A stretch of 61,638 nt of DNA, counting the filler, from Chiloscyllium plagiosum (Eukaryota): assembly GCF_004010195.1 (NCBI RefSeq). It is 4 parts of one record of this genome, joined end to end, with 100 filler letters (N's around TTAATTAATTAA, not from the genome) between each part and the next. Parts side by side here need not be neighbours in the genome. Positions count along the whole stretch, not along the records: positions 38,200 to 61,638 come from NC_057710.1; 3 more parts are not named here. One strand, written 5' to 3'. Numbering within the stretch: the first letter of the stretch is position 1; every line of letters starts with the position of its first letter. Below the pieces are notes generated by a model. The model made no database searches. It was given only the letters and a program-made list of their open reading frames with translations, and had not been told where the DNA came from. The position numbers were made by a program, and so were the translations under genes. Shown here piece by piece: positions 61,419 to 61,638 of this stretch.

Positions 61419-61638
61419 AGAGCTGAAAATGTATTGCTGGAAAAGCGCAGCAGGTCAGGCAGCATCCAGGGAACAGGAGAATCGACGTTTCGGGCATATG
61501 CCCTTCTTCAGGAATGAGGAAAGTTTGTCCAGCAGGCGAAGAGAAAAGGTAGGGAGGAGGGACTTGGGGGAGGGGCGTCGGAAATGCGATAGGTGGAAAG
61601 AGGTCAAGGTGAGGGTGATAGGTCAGACTGGGGTGGGG
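61419..61638 (-). mobile_element. PLE terminal repeat with HHR (runs off the window)
   Basis: Near-identical to 28810-29025. The minus strand at 61481-61515 reads attcCTGAAGAagggcatatgcccGAAACGTC. Confidence 0.9.

Noticed and set aside
12494..61638. Strand bias of PLE insertions
   Set aside because: Solo and inverted copies occur in both orientations, and the numbers are too small.

Overview
Repeat-rich, AT-rich eukaryotic genomic DNA. The repeat families (HE1-type V-SINEs, Deu-domain SINEs, CR1 LINEs) point to a cartilaginous fish such as a shark; this is an inference. I found no host protein-coding exon I can support. The recognisable ORFs are transposon-derived: a young GC-rich Tx1-clade LINE ORF2 (29217-31042, minus), a CR1 ORF1 SGNH esterase (38284-38895, minus), many decayed CR1 pieces, and four decayed Gypsy/Mag-type LTR retrotransposon fragments. 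One of these still shows both LTR ends, a PPT and an internal 21-bp minisatellite. Three 100-bp scaffold gaps carry an artificial TTAATTAATTAA linker. A CpG-retaining zone at about 13.5-15.6 kb, with an octamer site and a strong splice donor at 14487/14488, suggests a plus-strand promoter and non-coding first exon, so most of the window may be one large intron. The most striking structure is about 20 short Penelope-like (PLE) insertions from several families, most carrying minimal hammerhead-ribozyme (HHR) motifs (CTGANGA-stem II-GAAA-palindromic stem III). Many begin almost exactly at the ribozyme's 5' edge, and several form TSD-flanked head-to-head palindromes. There is also a circularly permuted local templated insertion (57644-58029) with an apparent gene-conversion tract. 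Boundaries of decayed repeats are approximate and read by eye.
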